DNA of 64,000 nucleotides from an uncultured bacterium (GTDB lineage Bacteria; Chlamydiota; Chlamydiia; Chlamydiales; SLFE01): NCBI GenBank assembly GCA_964584775.1, contig CAZPBC010000007.1, positions 7,320 to 71,319 of the forward strand, read 5' to 3'. Shown piece by piece: positions 54,280 to 64,000 of this stretch (position 1 is its first letter; each line of letters starts with the position of its first letter). The notes under the pieces were generated by a model. It saw only the letters and a program-made list of their open reading frames with translations, ran no database searches and was not told where the DNA came from. The position numbers and the translations under genes were made by a program.

Positions 54280-55644
54280 CTATCCTTGTTGGCAGTGGAG
54301 GCTCTGCTTCACCTGGTCGATTTGGTGTTTGAGGGAGTCATCCTCTTTCATTTTTTGCTCAACTGTTTTGCAAGCGTGCAGGATGGTTGAGTGGGTCTTA
54401 TTAAAGAAGACACCGAGCGACATCAGAGAGTCATTCACAAGGAGCTTGGAAAGGTACATGGCAACCTGACGAGGGGTGGCGATGCTCTTGATCCGAGTGG
54501 TTCCTTTTAGATCACTGACGCGGACTTGGAACACAGAAGCCACACTTTTTAGGATCTGCTCTACAGTGATTTTTTCTCGGGGAGCGGACTGGAGAAGCTC
54601 ACCGAGGGTATTTGTCACGAGATCTTTTGTGACGTTAACTCCGAGGAGACGGCTGTGTGCGCTAAGACGGTTGACAGCGCCCTCGAGTTGGCGGACATTG
54701 TAAAAGAGATGCTCAGCGATGAAGAAGGCCACATCATTTGGAAGGTCGAGGCCTTTTTCTTCTGCTTTGTGAGAAAGGATCGCGACGCGGGTTTCGAGGT
54801 CGGGGATGCCCATGTGAGCCACGAGTCCCCACTCCATCCGCGCTTTCATTCTTTCTGAAAGCTTGAGCTGAGAGGGGGGCTTGTCGCTAGTCATGACGAC
54901 TTGTTTCCCATTATTGGCAAAGTGATCGAGAAGGACGCAGAACTCCTCTTCGAAGTTGAGTCGGTTCTGAAGGAACTGGATATCATCAATAAGAAGGACA
55001 TCGACATCGACTCGATAGAAGCGCTTCATGCGGTCGATCGTTTTCTGACGGAGGTTTTCGACCAGGTCATTGATAAAACCCTCTGTCGTGATCAGCTGAA
55101 CGCGGAGGTTTTTGTGATGCTCAATCACGTAGTGGCCGATGCTGTGTAGGATATGCGTTTTGCCGAGACCTACGCCACCATGTATGAAAAGGGGGTTGTA
55201 GGAAGCGCCTGGACGCCTAGCAACGCCCATAGCAGCGGATTTAATAAATTGGTTAGAGGTTCCTTCGATGAAGGAGCTGAACTGGTAGCGGTTGTTCAGT
55301 TTGATTTCGTAAAAGTTTGAATGGAGAGTGGGGCTGCGGTTCGTGGTCGTTGATTCGTGCACGACAGGAGCCGGCTTTGCCTCTTTCTTGGGAGCTTGGA
55401 TGACAAATTTGAGGGCAGGCTCATCGGGAGCTTTGACAGGAAGGAACGAACAGAGGTCTTTTTTGTAGTTAGAGAGGAGATAGTCTTGAACGAAGATGTT
55501 AGGAACCTCCAGTGTGATCTCTTCATCAGAAGCTTCTTGGACACGGATCGGAGCGAGCCAATTTTCGTAAGCAGTTTTAGAACAGCGCTCTTTGACGTAT
55601 TCTAAAAACTGAGTCCACGCTTCTTGAGTATCACAAGTGATCAT
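54280..55644 (-). CDS. dnaA: Chromosomal replication initiator DnaA (probably the CT275/DnaA2 type)
   Basis: [41 protein letters not shown], domain [10 protein letters not shown] and HSTILHA. Paralogue identity is inferred from neighbouring TPR-rsmH-ftsL genes. Confidence 0.95.
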   Translation of the reverse strand: MITCDTQEAWTQFLEYVKERCSKTAYENWLAPIRVQEASDEEITLEVPNIFVQDYLLSNYKKDLCSFLPVKAPDEPALKFVIQAPKKEAKPAPVVHESTTTNRSPTLHSNFYEIKLNNRYQFSSFIEGTSNQFIKSAAMGVARRPGASYNPLFIHGGVGLGKTHILHSIGHYVIEHHKNLRVQLITTEGFINDLVENLRQKTIDRMKRFYRVDVDVLLIDDIQFLQNRLNFEEEFCVLLDHFANNGKQVVMTSDKPPSQLKLSERMKARMEWGLVAHMGIPDLETRVAILSHKAEEKGLDLPNDVAFFIAEHLFYNVRQLEGAVNRLSAHSRLLGVNVTKDLVTNTLGELLQSAPREKITVEQILKSVASVFQVRVSDLKGTTRIKSIATPRQVAMYLSKLLVNDSLMSLGVFFNKTHSTILHACKTVEQKMKEDDSLKHQIDQVKQSLHCQQG

Positions 55645-56047
55645 ATGCGGTTCCTTTTTCGTTATTCGTTCTGTATTCGCCGAGCTGTAGAAATGTTATG
55701 AACATTGTTTCCACAGCGCTGTGTTTCGTGATTTATGACAAGACATTAGCAGGGGGTTTCAATGCTTGCAACAAAAATTCGAACGGTTTTTTTGTGTAAA
55801 TTCGTTAAGTCTTTGATGTCAGAAAATTTAGCTGTCGGAAAAATTTTCTCTCTGAAATTTTTGATTTTTTTGGTTGACAAAGGGGTCTGTTTTGACAGGT
55901 GTTTGAAGATTTTGTCGCTTTCGGAGTCCACTCATTCAAAGTAAGAAATTTACGTAAAAGAGAGAAAATTTTTTTGGAATACAAACGAGGTTTTTGTTCT
56001 TATGAACAGCTAAAGAAGCGTTGTTGATAAAGAGAAAGTCTCTTTAC
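55645..56047. promoter_or_regulatory. AT-rich dnaA upstream region with four one-mismatch DnaA boxes and a 15-bp inverted repeat
   Basis: TTATGAACA 55696-55704, GTTTCCACA 55707-55715, TTATGAACA 56000-56008, TTATCAACA (minus) 56022-56030; AAAAATTTTCTCTCT 55839-55853 pairs with AGAGAGAAAATTTTT 55959-55973. Confidence 0.5.
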
Positions 56048-57283
56048 TTAGGTCAAGGAGGTGTGACGGATTTTATCGCCTTTGGGTGTCGGTTCGTGAA
56101 AGGTCCAAGTGAGCCCGCTCTCCGCTAAGTAAAGGGATTTGTTAGAGTGTTTCTGTTGCAGCACTTTGAGTTTACAGTTGTCGCTGCAGGGCTCGATTTC
56201 TCCTAAGAGAAGCGTTTCGCAGCCGCTATGGTTTAGAAAGGTTTCCACGCCGCTCCATGTGAGGCCTTCGCTCATCGAGAGGTAGAGGAGATCACTTTTG
56301 TCAAAGAGTTTGTGAAGAGGTTTTTCTAAAACACCTGAGTGGTAGGTAAAAGTGAAAGTTTTTGTAGGGGATGTGAGTCGAAACTCGAGAGTCGCACCCG
56401 ATTGGTCTTTCAAGATGTGCGGGAGGAAGGCAGTGTGGGGGCTGAGGGAGGTGAGCTTCTCTTCCAAAGGGTGGAGGTGATGGAGTTCTTCTGGTCTAAA
56501 GTAGGGGAGAAGCATTTGGTAGCTTCTTGTGTGTAGATAGTAGTGGGATGGGTGGGCTGACTGTTTCTGTTGGAGGCGTAAGAGAGCTAGAAGGTCGTAG
56601 AAGTAGCTGGGGTCGTCGTGGGTGACAAAAACCTGAGAGATCTCCTCTGCGCGTTTTCCTGAGCGGTAAAGCTCTTTTAGGAAGTTCTTTCCGGGATTGA
56701 GAACGACGCATTCGTGGTGCGTTTCGAGGAGAAGGCCTCTACAGCAATAGAGCTCTGAGGTCATCTGATCAACGATGTCACCTCCTTTTTTTGAGCAGGA
56801 GGCAAGGACGGTGAGACAGGCGCTTTTAGAAGGAGGATCCTCTTCTACAAAGAGATCAGGTGATGTCTCTGGGGGATTGAAAATTTGATGGAAGGCGGTC
56901 AGTGACTCGAATGAGAGGTCTTTTGAGGAGTCGCGAGCTTCACCCGTCAGCTCATTGCGGAGGTGGAGGGATGTCGCATCTTTAGGAAGTGCCTCTAGAG
57001 CTCGGTTACAGTAGTGGAGGGCTTTTTTGCGGTTGCCTGCCTCTTTAAAGAGGAAGGCGGTGACGCGGTCGATAAAAAAAAGTGCTAAAGGGTGTTCCCC
57101 TGCCTGTTGGTAGTGCTCCAGCGCGAGAGCGTAGTGTTTTTTCCAAAAGGCACGCTCTCCATACAGCAGCTCTTTCAAGAGGCTTTCAGTCGAGAGAGAA
57201 GAGAGATCTTCAAGAGAGGGGGGAGGTGGGGTCTCAGGATGTGAGTGGCTCTCGAGTTCGTCCAAGTAGTGTTCTATTTTCAT
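56048..57283 (-). CDS. TPR plus degenerate metallo-beta-lactamase-fold protein
   Basis: TPR-like ERAFWKKHYALALEHYQQA and KALHYCNRALE; MBL-like VVLNPGKNFL and ISQVFVTHDDPSY, lacking the HxHxDH motif. Confidence 0.55.
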   Translation of the reverse strand: MKIEHYLDELESHSHPETPPPPSLEDLSSLSTESLLKELLYGERAFWKKHYALALEHYQQAGEHPLALFFIDRVTAFLFKEAGNRKKALHYCNRALEALPKDATSLHLRNELTGEARDSSKDLSFESLTAFHQIFNPPETSPDLFVEEDPPSKSACLTVLASCSKKGGDIVDQMTSELYCCRGLLLETHHECVVLNPGKNFLKELYRSGKRAEEISQVFVTHDDPSYFYDLLALLRLQQKQSAHPSHYYLHTRSYQMLLPYFRPEELHHLHPLEEKLTSLSPHTAFLPHILKDQSGATLEFRLTSPTKTFTFTYHSGVLEKPLHKLFDKSDLLYLSMSEGLTWSGVETFLNHSGCETLLLGEIEPCSDNCKLKVLQQKHSNKSLYLAESGLTWTFHEPTPKGDKIRHTSLT

Positions 57284-57346
57284 ATGGATCACTATACCTC
57301 AAAGGAGTTTTTGCAATCCACACGCGAATCAAGTATACTCTCCTCC

Positions 57347-58485
57347 ATGATTCCATATGCCAAACAAGAAATTCAAGACAAAGACCTCGAAGCGGTGAAG
57401 GTAGCTCTTCAAGATGAATCGATTACAAGAGGGGGGCGCGTTGAGGAGTTTGAAAAGGCTTTAGCTCAAGCTTGTGATGCTCAGTATGCGACTGTCTTTA
57501 ATAGCGGGACCTCTGCGCTCGAGGCTGCCTATGGAGCGGCTTCAGCCAATGAGTATGACCGTGTTTTCACGGCAGCAAACACTTTCGTCGGGACCGTGGC
57601 TGGGGCCTTAAAGCGTGGATGCAGGTTGACCTATGTCGATGTTGACGAAAAGACAGGCAGCCTCGACCTCGATGCGCTCTTCGACAAGATCAACACTTCC
57701 GCGTCGAGAGGAAAAGAGATCGTGGTACCGGTCCACTATGCCGGTGTAGCGATCGACATGCAAAAACTCAACCGTGGTATTGCAAGAACCGATACGGTGG
57801 TTATCGAAGATGCTGCGCATGCTTTAGGATCCTGCTATCCGAGTGGAGAAAAGGTAGGCTCTTGTGCCTATAGTGAGATGACCGTCTTTAGCTTTCACCC
57901 AGCGAAACAGTTGACGACCGGAGAAGGGGGCGCTGTGCTCACCAATGACCCCGACTTAGACCAAAAGTTAAAACGCTACCGCAATAATGGAATTTTTAAA
58001 GGTCCTGAAATGCGCCCTTGGGAATATGAAGTACAAAACCCTCGGGCAACTTTCACATGAATGATTTTCAAGCAGCTCTCGGTATCAGCCAATTAAGCCG
58101 CCTCGATAAGACGGTCAAGAAGCGTCTAGAGATCGTCCAAGCCTACCGCGATAAGCTGAAAGGCATCGAGTCCATAGAGCTTCTCGACCCTGCTTTTGAT
58201 AAGCGTACCTCTTACCACTTGATGCTCGTTCTTCTCGACTTTGAAAAGATCGAGACACCCAAAGAGAAGCTGATGGAAGCGCTTCAAGAAAAGGGAATTG
58301 GGACACAGGTTCACTACATCCCTCTCTACCATCATCCTGTCCCTGAGCTCGGTACGAAGCGCCTTGCAGAATCGTATCCTCACACGGAAGCTTTTTACAA
58401 AAAAGCGCTCTCGCTTCCTCTTCATACGCAGATGACAAAAAAAGATGTCGAACGAGTGGTGAAAACCCTTAAGGCGTTTTGCTAA
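57347..58485 (+). pseudogene. pseC: PseC-type DegT/DnrJ aminotransferase split by a -1 frameshift near 58036-58042
   Basis: MIPYAKQEI, ITRG, FNSGTSAL, PVHYAG, IEDAAHALG, PLP lysine SFHPAKQLTTGEGG; continues in the -1 frame as SGNFHMNDFQAALGISQL, GTQVHYIPLY, LSLPLH. Confidence 0.85.
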
Positions 58486-58873
58486 AAGCAAGTAAAAGGG
58501 CCTTTGCCGTGTTGGCAATGGAAGGGTTGGGATCTTTTTTGAGAAGGGTGGCGAGCTTGAGCCCTTCTTCGCTTCTTCCCACCATAAAGAGTGCTTTGCA
58601 AAGGTTGACGAGAGTTGGTGTGTGGTCACCTTCGAGTGCGAAGGATTTTTCGAGGGTTTCGATCGCCTCTTTCGGGCGGTCGAGTTGTAGATAGAGCGCC
58701 CCGAGGGTTTGAAGGTCATAGAGGTTGTTCGGTTCGAGAATGGTGAGCGCCTCGTATAGATCCAGAGCGATGTCATATTTTCCCTGACGGATATAGGCGT
58801 ACCCGGTGAAGCGCAGCTCTTCGAGTTGATCTTCATTCCAACCGAGTTTCCCTAACCAGTCAATATCGCTCAT
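58469..58873 (-). CDS. TPR protein, SycD/LcrH chaperone-like (CT274-like)
   Basis: GYAYIRQGKYDIALDLYEAL, YDLQTLGALYLQL, TLVNLCKALF: three TPRs. Confidence 0.75.
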   Translation of the reverse strand: MSDIDWLGKLGWNEDQLEELRFTGYAYIRQGKYDIALDLYEALTILEPNNLYDLQTLGALYLQLDRPKEAIETLEKSFALEGDHTPTLVNLCKALFMVGRSEEGLKLATLLKKDPNPSIANTAKALLLAFSKTP

Positions 58874-58885
58874 GCAGCTTGTGCT

Positions 58886-59335
58886 TTATCCTTGTAGAAG
58901 CTGGCCGATCCGGCCGACGATGTGTGAAAGCCACTCATTGATCGTTTGGATTTGCTTCATCGCTTTTTTTAGAATTTCTTGTTCTTTTTTCTCTTCCGGG
59001 GATTTGGTGGCGACATTTTCTAACATGGCCATGTCATCCTCCTCTTCCTCTTCACTCCCTAAGGTAGGCATGACGCGGGAAAAGGTAAAGGGAGATTTTC
59101 TGCGGAGGTTGAATTTTTTTGGCGGATAGAAGAGGGCCCAGGGCGCGTACGATTTAGTGACCCCCAATAGCAAGTCAAGCTCGCTCAGCTTGGGCATGAG
59201 GTCCGTGACCAGCGTCTGAGGGGGGATGGTTTTCGCTTCCCCTAAGTGAAACTGCTTGTTGATCTGCTCGATATACTCCGTACGGCGGGCGTACTCGTAG
59301 TAGACGCGCATCTCTAACTGATCAATGGTAGGCAT
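58886..59335 (-). CDS. Conserved chlamydial protein (CT273-like by position)
   Basis: SD AAGAGGAG; YARRTE, WALFYPP, FTFSRVMPTLG, GRIGQLLQG; upstream of the TPR gene. Confidence 0.65.
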   Translation of the reverse strand: MPTIDQLEMRVYYEYARRTEYIEQINKQFHLGEAKTIPPQTLVTDLMPKLSELDLLLGVTKSYAPWALFYPPKKFNLRRKSPFTFSRVMPTLGSEEEEEDDMAMLENVATKSPEEKKEQEILKKAMKQIQTINEWLSHIVGRIGQLLQG

Positions 59336-59408
59336 CGTTTCTCCTCTTTCCCCTTATTATATCACGTTTTGACTTTTTTCTTAGAGAGGCTCATCATACT
59401 CAGATTCT

Positions 59409-60338
59409 ATGGAGTCTCAACACCGATCCGTCCTACTCGAGGAGTGGCTCTCCTTTCTTGAGGACCAGCCCCTCTCTACCGTCCTTGATCTGACCGTGGG
59501 GGCTGGAGGTCATGCTGCTGCCGTTCTCGAAGCCCACCCTGAAATTGAGCGCTTTATTGCCGTCGACCAGGACCAAAGTGCCTTAGAGCTGGCTAAAGAG
59601 AGGCTTAAGCCCTGGAAGAAGGTCACTTTTGTCAGGGACAATTTTGCCCACCTTTCCCAGATTTTAAAGGATGCCTCTGTGGAGTCGGTAGACGCCATTC
59701 TCATCGATCTAGGTGTCTCCTCGATGCAGCTCGATCGTCCTGAGCGCGGTTTTTCATTTTTACGTGAAGGGCCTCTCGATATGCGCATGGATCAAGAGGC
59801 CGGTTTGACTGCGCAGGAGATTGTCAACCACTGGTCTGAAGAGGAGCTGGGCCGCGTTTTCCGTGACTATGGAGAGGAAAAGCTCTGGAAACGGGCAGCA
59901 AGGCTCCTCGTCCAAGCTAGAGAGGAGAAGGAGTTTGAGACCACACGCGACTTAATCGAAGCGCTTCAGCCGCTCGAAAGAGCGAAAAAGAAGCGCGACC
60001 ACCATCCGATGACACTGATCTTTCAAGGACTACGCATTGCTGTGAACAGTGAGCTGGAGGTGATCCGCCGCGTCCTTCCTCATGCGATCGAAGTGCTTCG
60101 TCCAGGGGGAATTCTAGGGGTGATCTCTTTCCATAGTTTGGAAGACCGCATCGTGAAAAAGCTTTTTCAACACGAAGCCTCCGATAAGCAAGACACACGA
60201 GGCCTTGCAGGTCTCTTTTTGGAGAAGGAACCGACGATCAAACTCCTGACCAAAAAACCGGTGGTGGCGAAAGAGGAGGAAATTCAAATGAACCCGCGTT
60301 CACGCAGCGCCAAGCTGAGAGTGGTAGAGAAACGGTGA
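59409..60338 (+). CDS. rsmH: 16S rRNA m4C1402 methyltransferase
   Basis: HRSVLLEE, DLTVGAGGHA, DLGVSSMQLD, RGFSF, GPLDMRMD, FQGLRIAVNSEL, ISFHSLEDRIVK, NPRSRSAKLR. Confidence 0.97.
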   Translation: MESQHRSVLLEEWLSFLEDQPLSTVLDLTVGAGGHAAAVLEAHPEIERFIAVDQDQSALELAKERLKPWKKVTFVRDNFAHLSQILKDASVESVDAILIDLGVSSMQLDRPERGFSFLREGPLDMRMDQEAGLTAQEIVNHWSEEELGRVFRDYGEEKLWKRAARLLVQAREEKEFETTRDLIEALQPLERAKKKRDHHPMTLIFQGLRIAVNSELEVIRRVLPHAIEVLRPGGILGVISFHSLEDRIVKKLFQHEASDKQDTRGLAGLFLEKEPTIKLLTKKPVVAKEEEIQMNPRSRSAKLRVVEKR

Positions 60339-60628
60339 GGCACTTTTTTCTCAAAATTCTCCTCTGTATTTTTATGGGTGGATTGACACTCTATTTTACA
60401 ATCGAAAAGCAAAACCAACTCATGCGTCTCAGACTAGAGGTGCCTAAACTCGAGAAAGAACTGGGAGCTTTAGTGGAAGAAAACCGCGCCCTTTCCTATC
60501 GCATTGAGCAGTTTGAAAATCCGCTCCACTTGATGGAGCTTGCCTCGCAGCCGCGCTTTTCTCATCTAAAGTTTCCTCTTGATGAAGAGGTGATGGTTTT
60601 GGAGTATGGGGATGAAGAAAGTCAATAA
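60335..60628 (+). CDS. ftsL: FtsL-like cell division protein
   Basis: One TM helix plus coiled coil, between rsmH and ftsI with coupled overlaps. Confidence 0.75.
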   Translation: MRHFFLKILLCIFMGGLTLYFTIEKQNQLMRLRLEVPKLEKELGALVEENRALSYRIEQFENPLHLMELASQPRFSHLKFPLDEEVMVLEYGDEESQ

Positions 60629-62585
60629 CCTAAGACTGCTCTATGCCGGTCTTTTTTTAGTCTTTCTCTTTTCTTTGTTGATCATGCAGTTTTTTATTTT
60701 GCAGGTGGTTCAACAGAGCTACTGGCAAAAAAAGGCGCGTGCGCAGCATGTCTTTGTGATTGAAGATCCCTTTAGGCGTGGAGTGTTCTATTCCAACTCT
60801 GGGCTCCAACCCTCTCATCCAGCAAAAGTCACACCTTTCGTCATCGACGTCCAAAAATTTCATCTCCATGCCGATCCCTATTCGATTCCTGATGGGAAAC
60901 GACAAGCTGTCGGGGAGTTGCTCGTGAAACATTTTGATTTAACTCCCGAAGAAGTGGAGAGACACCTCTCTAAAAGATCGCGCGACAGAGTGCTTTCACG
61001 CTTCCTTTTAAAGGAGCAGAAAGAGGAGTTTCTCTCTGTTTGGAGACCTTTTGCGAGAAAGGAAAAGATTGCTTCAAACGCCATCTTCTTTACGAGTGAC
61101 TATCAGCGTTCCTATCCTTACGGTTCACTTCTGGGGCAGGTGCTTCACACAGTTCAAGGGCAGAAACACGCCGTGACAGGGCAAGCGATTCCCACCGGTG
61201 GCCTAGAGCTTTCACTGAACCACTATCTTGAGGGGCAGCCTGGAAAGCGGCGTATGAACCGCTCTCCACGCAATCCGCTCGAGACGGGCGATCCGATTGT
61301 GGAGCCCACCCACGGAGCAGATATCACACTGACTATCAATCACACTCTGCAGGCCATCGCAGAAGAGGAGGTCAAAAAGGGAGTCATCCGCACTGAAGCG
61401 AAGTCTGGATGGGCGATCTTGATGGACCCCAAGACGGGACACATTTGGGCGCTAGCTCAATATCCCTTTTTCTCACCTGAAGAGGTTTCAAGTTTCTTTA
61501 GTGACCCGGAAAAAAGGCAGCACACACGCGTCTCTGCAGTGATCGATTCGATTGAGCCCGGTTCTGTCATGAAACCTTTTGCGATTTTAACGGGACTTTT
61601 GGCCAATGAAGAGATGAAGGCACGAGGGAAACCTCCACTCTTTGATCCGTATGAGAAGATCGCCACAGCAGATGGCAAGTTTCCTGGGAGAAGCAAACCG
61701 ATCCGTGATGTGAGGAGCTATGCCTATCTCAATGCCGAGATGGGACTTCTCAAGTCTTCAAATATTTATATGGGCCGCGTGATCGAGCGCGTTGTTAGCC
61801 ATCTCGGTTCGGACTGGTACCACAACGTTCTCAAAGAGCGTTTTGCCATCGGAGAGAAGTCCGGGGTGGAGCTGCCGGGAGAGAGCAACTCGCTGCTTCC
61901 GACCCCCGGAAAGTTGCACCCCAACGGCAAACTAGAGTGGTCGGTACCCACACCCTACTCGATCTCGATGGGATACAACATTCAACAGACCGGTCTTGCT
62001 CTGATGCGTAGTTGGGCGCTTTTTGCCAACAGGGGAATCCTAGTGCAGCCGACCCTTGTGAAAACGATCGACAAGCAGGGGGAGCGGCTGTTAGATCACA
62101 CCAGCCCTGAGTGGCTAGGGTCATTTCCCCGTGTTTTGCCAGCAGGACTTGTGGATCAAACGGTGGAGTTGATGCGCTATGACACGCTCATTGGAACAGC
62201 GACACGGGCGAATATCTATGGCTATACGGAGATTGGAAAGAGTGGGACAACGAGAAAGATTGTGAATGGGGAGTACACGACGAAAAAACACTACACCTCT
62301 TTCATCGGTTTTGCCCCTGCTAAGGACCCTGCTTTCCTTCTTCTGGTGGTCATCGATGAGCCGAGAGTCTACTATATTCAAGGAGTGGGGCCCAATAACC
62401 ATGGAGGGACGGCCGCTGCACCGGTTTTTCGAGAGATAGGAAAACGGACGCTTGAGTACCTAGGTGTCTCACCCGACGACCCTTATGGCTATCCTTCGAG
62501 TGATCCCCGTTTTGATCCTGACCTGGCCAAGGGGTGGCGGTCAGCGGAGAGGTTGCGGGAAAAGTTCAAAGCATGGAATAACTGA
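60612..62585 (+). CDS. ftsI: Penicillin-binding protein 3 / FtsI
   Basis: N-terminal TM; RSYPYG; SxxK EPGSVMKP; SxN KSSN; KSGT; SFIGFAP; GG.AAAPVF. Confidence 0.9.
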   Translation: MKKVNNLRLLYAGLFLVFLFSLLIMQFFILQVVQQSYWQKKARAQHVFVIEDPFRRGVFYSNSGLQPSHPAKVTPFVIDVQKFHLHADPYSIPDGKRQAVGELLVKHFDLTPEEVERHLSKRSRDRVLSRFLLKEQKEEFLSVWRPFARKEKIASNAIFFTSDYQRSYPYGSLLGQVLHTVQGQKHAVTGQAIPTGGLELSLNHYLEGQPGKRRMNRSPRNPLETGDPIVEPTHGADITLTINHTLQAIAEEEVKKGVIRTEAKSGWAILMDPKTGHIWALAQYPFFSPEEVSSFFSDPEKRQHTRVSAVIDSIEPGSVMKPFAILTGLLANEEMKARGKPPLFDPYEKIATADGKFPGRSKPIRDVRSYAYLNAEMGLLKSSNIYMGRVIERVVSHLGSDWYHNVLKERFAIGEKSGVELPGESNSLLPTPGKLHPNGKLEWSVPTPYSISMGYNIQQTGLALMRSWALFANRGILVQPTLVKTIDKQGERLLDHTSPEWLGSFPRVLPAGLVDQTVELMRYDTLIGTATRANIYGYTEIGKSGTTRKIVNGEYTTKKHYTSFIGFAPAKDPAFLLLVVIDEPRVYYIQGVGPNNHGGTAAAPVFREIGKRTLEYLGVSPDDPYGYPSSDPRFDPDLAKGWRSAERLREKFKAWNN

Positions 62586-62591
62586 CACCCT

Positions 62592-64000
62592 ATGAGACTG
62601 GAAGAACTGCTCAATACTTTACCCGAGGCTGAGGTCCAAGGGTACAAGTCCTTAGAAATTCAAGGTATTTGTAACCACTCTGCTGAAGTACGCCCTGGAG
62701 ACCTCTTTGTCGCCCGGAAGGGGACTCAGAAGAACGGCCTTGATTACGCCCTACAAGCGATTGAGAAAGGGGCTGTCGCGGTCGCTGCAAGCCACTTTTC
62801 TCCAGAACTCGAAGGGGTCACTCAGGTGGTTCACCCCGACATCCGTCTCCTCGAAGCGAGACTCGCTTCGCAGTTTTATGGACGGGCTGATCAGAAGCTG
62901 TTTCTTTTTGGTGTTACCGGCACGAAGGGAAAAACAACGAGCTCTTACATTTTGAGACACCTCCTAGAGGTCTGTGGACGCCGTACGGGGTTGTTGGGAA
63001 CGATCGAAGCCCAAACGGGTCAATCCACCTACCCCTCTAAGCTGACCACGGCGGATGTCGTCACAAACCACCGCCTCCTTCGTGAAATGGTAGATTCTCA
63101 TCTCGACGCAGCCGTATTGGAAGTCTCCTCCCATGCGCTCGACCAAGGGAGAGTGCAAGAGATCGAGTTTGACATTGCTCTCTTTACGAACTTACACCCA
63201 GACCATCTCGATTACCACAACACGATGGAAGAGTACGCCGAAGCAAAGAGTCTCCTCTTTAGAGGACTCTCCCCAAAGAGAAAACAGCTCGGTTTTCCAA
63301 AGGGGGCAGCCTACTCTATCGACTGCCCGTATGGCCCAAAGATGGTGAAGGGTGCGAAGGTGCCTCTCCTTTCCTATGGAAAAAAGGAGGGTGCCGACCT
63401 GCGTATCTGTGAGGTGGACCTCTCCCTCTCTGGAGTCACATGGACACTCGAGTATGAGGGCGATCGATACCGCTTTCAATCGGGGATGATCGGTGAACAC
63501 AACCTCATGAACCTCACGGGCTGCATCGGTGCAATGCTACTAGGCGGATGGACCCTTCCTGAAATACAGCCCGCAGTCGAGACATTTGGCTCGGTTCCAG
63601 GGCGCCTCGAGCGTGTGGAAAATTCCCAGGGCCTTTCGGTCTTTGTCGACTTCGCCCATTCCGGTGTGTCGTTGGAGCAGACGATGGAGTCACTGCTTCC
63701 GTATTGTCAGGGGCGGCTGATTGTGCTCTTTGGTTCAGGAGGAGATCGGCCCGTAGAGCGGAGAGAGTCGATGGCGAAAGCTGCGGAAGCCGGAGCGGAT
63801 CTCATCATCGTTACCTCAGACAATCCACGCAGCGAACCGCCGGAAAAGATTGTTGAAGAGATCGTTTCGTTTATCACTGATAAAGAGAAGTTGATCGTCG
63901 AAGTCGATCGGAAAAAGGCCATTGGAAAAGCCATTGAAGTCGCCACAGAGGAGGATATTGTGATCCTCGCTGGCCGTGGCCATGAAAAATTTCAAATTTT
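62592..64000 (+). CDS. murE: MurE ligase (meso-DAP type), 3'-truncated by window edge
   Basis: Absent from the ORF track because it has no stop in the window. Translated by hand: VRPGDLFVA, GVTGTKGKTT, LEVSSHALDQGRV, FTNLHPDHLDYH, GEHNLMN, VPGRLE, VDFAH, FGSGGDR, TSDNPRSE, AGRGHE. Confidence 0.93.
   Translation, partial: MRLEELLNTLPEAEVQGYKSLEIQGICNHSAEVRPGDLFVARKGTQKNGLDYALQAIEKGAVAVAASHFSPELEGVTQVVHPDIRLLEARLASQFYGRADQKLFLFGVTGTKGKTTSSYILRHLLEVCGRRTGLLGTIEAQTGQSTYPSKLTTADVVTNHRLLREMVDSHLDAAVLEVSSHALDQGRVQEIEFDIALFTNLHPDHLDYHNTMEEYAEAKSLLFRGLSPKRKQLGFPKGAAYSIDCPYGPKMVKGAKVPLLSYGKKEGADLRICEVDLSLSGVTWTLEYEGDRYRFQSGMIGEHNLMNLTGCIGAMLLGGWTLPEIQPAVETFGSVPGRLERVENSQGLSVFVDFAHSGVSLEQTMESLLPYCQGRLIVLFGSGGDRPVERRESMAKAAEAGADLIIVTSDNPRSEPPEKIVEEIVSFITDKEKLIVEVDRKKAIGKAIEVATEEDIVILAGRGHEKFQI

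Noticed and set aside
55746-55944. Two ~60-aa ORFs in the dnaA upstream region
   Set aside because: AT-rich, Lys/Phe-biased, mutually overlapping on opposite strands, no SD; most likely non-coding.
57245-57346. Upstream start for pseC at 57245
   Set aside because: Overlaps the divergent TPR gene; the family N-terminus MIPY begins at 57347.
62913-62942. MurE GVTGTKGKTT instead of GVTGTNGKTT
   Set aside because: The Lys variant occurs in other MurE proteins, and the DNPR meso-DAP motif is intact.

Overview
Gene-dense chromosomal window from a member of the phylum Chlamydiota outside the Chlamydiaceae (an environmental, Chlamydia-related lineage). The assignment rests on chlamydia-type gene order as I recall it from C. 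trachomatis (hemA...gyrB2/parE-gyrA2/parC-rluD-khpA-kdsA-lptB; pheT-MORN protein-ogt; nqrBCDE-gcvH; DcrA-like-rnc-radA; dnaA-TPR-rsmH-ftsL-ftsI-murE) plus genes Chlamydiaceae lack (asnS, full glycine cleavage system, pseB/pseC). One tRNA-Arg(UCU) is present. I found no rRNA, CRISPR array, transposase, integrase or prophage. Eukaryote-like candidate effectors sit in the gaps of the housekeeping backbone. The best candidate for an undescribed system is two large proteins about 10 kb apart (13827-16898 + and 26589-29144 -) that share an ungapped ~95-aa hydrophobic N-terminal module (34/95 identical by hand) fused to different repeat and ubiquitin-ligase-like domains. One has 24 LRRs, an IpaH/NEL-type domain whose catalytic Cys is replaced by Lys, and a U-box-like tail. 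The other has a Sel1 repeat and a CxxG helical domain. Other highlights: a tandem pair of unknown paralogues, a plant IQM-like exported protein, a signal-peptide-bearing second Ndk, a DUF4116 protein with a C-terminal NLS-like motif inserted between gcvPA and gcvPB, a frameshifted pseC, a 44-nt pure A/T tract, and DnaA-box-like sites upstream of dnaA. All family calls come from motif recognition; no database searches were run.
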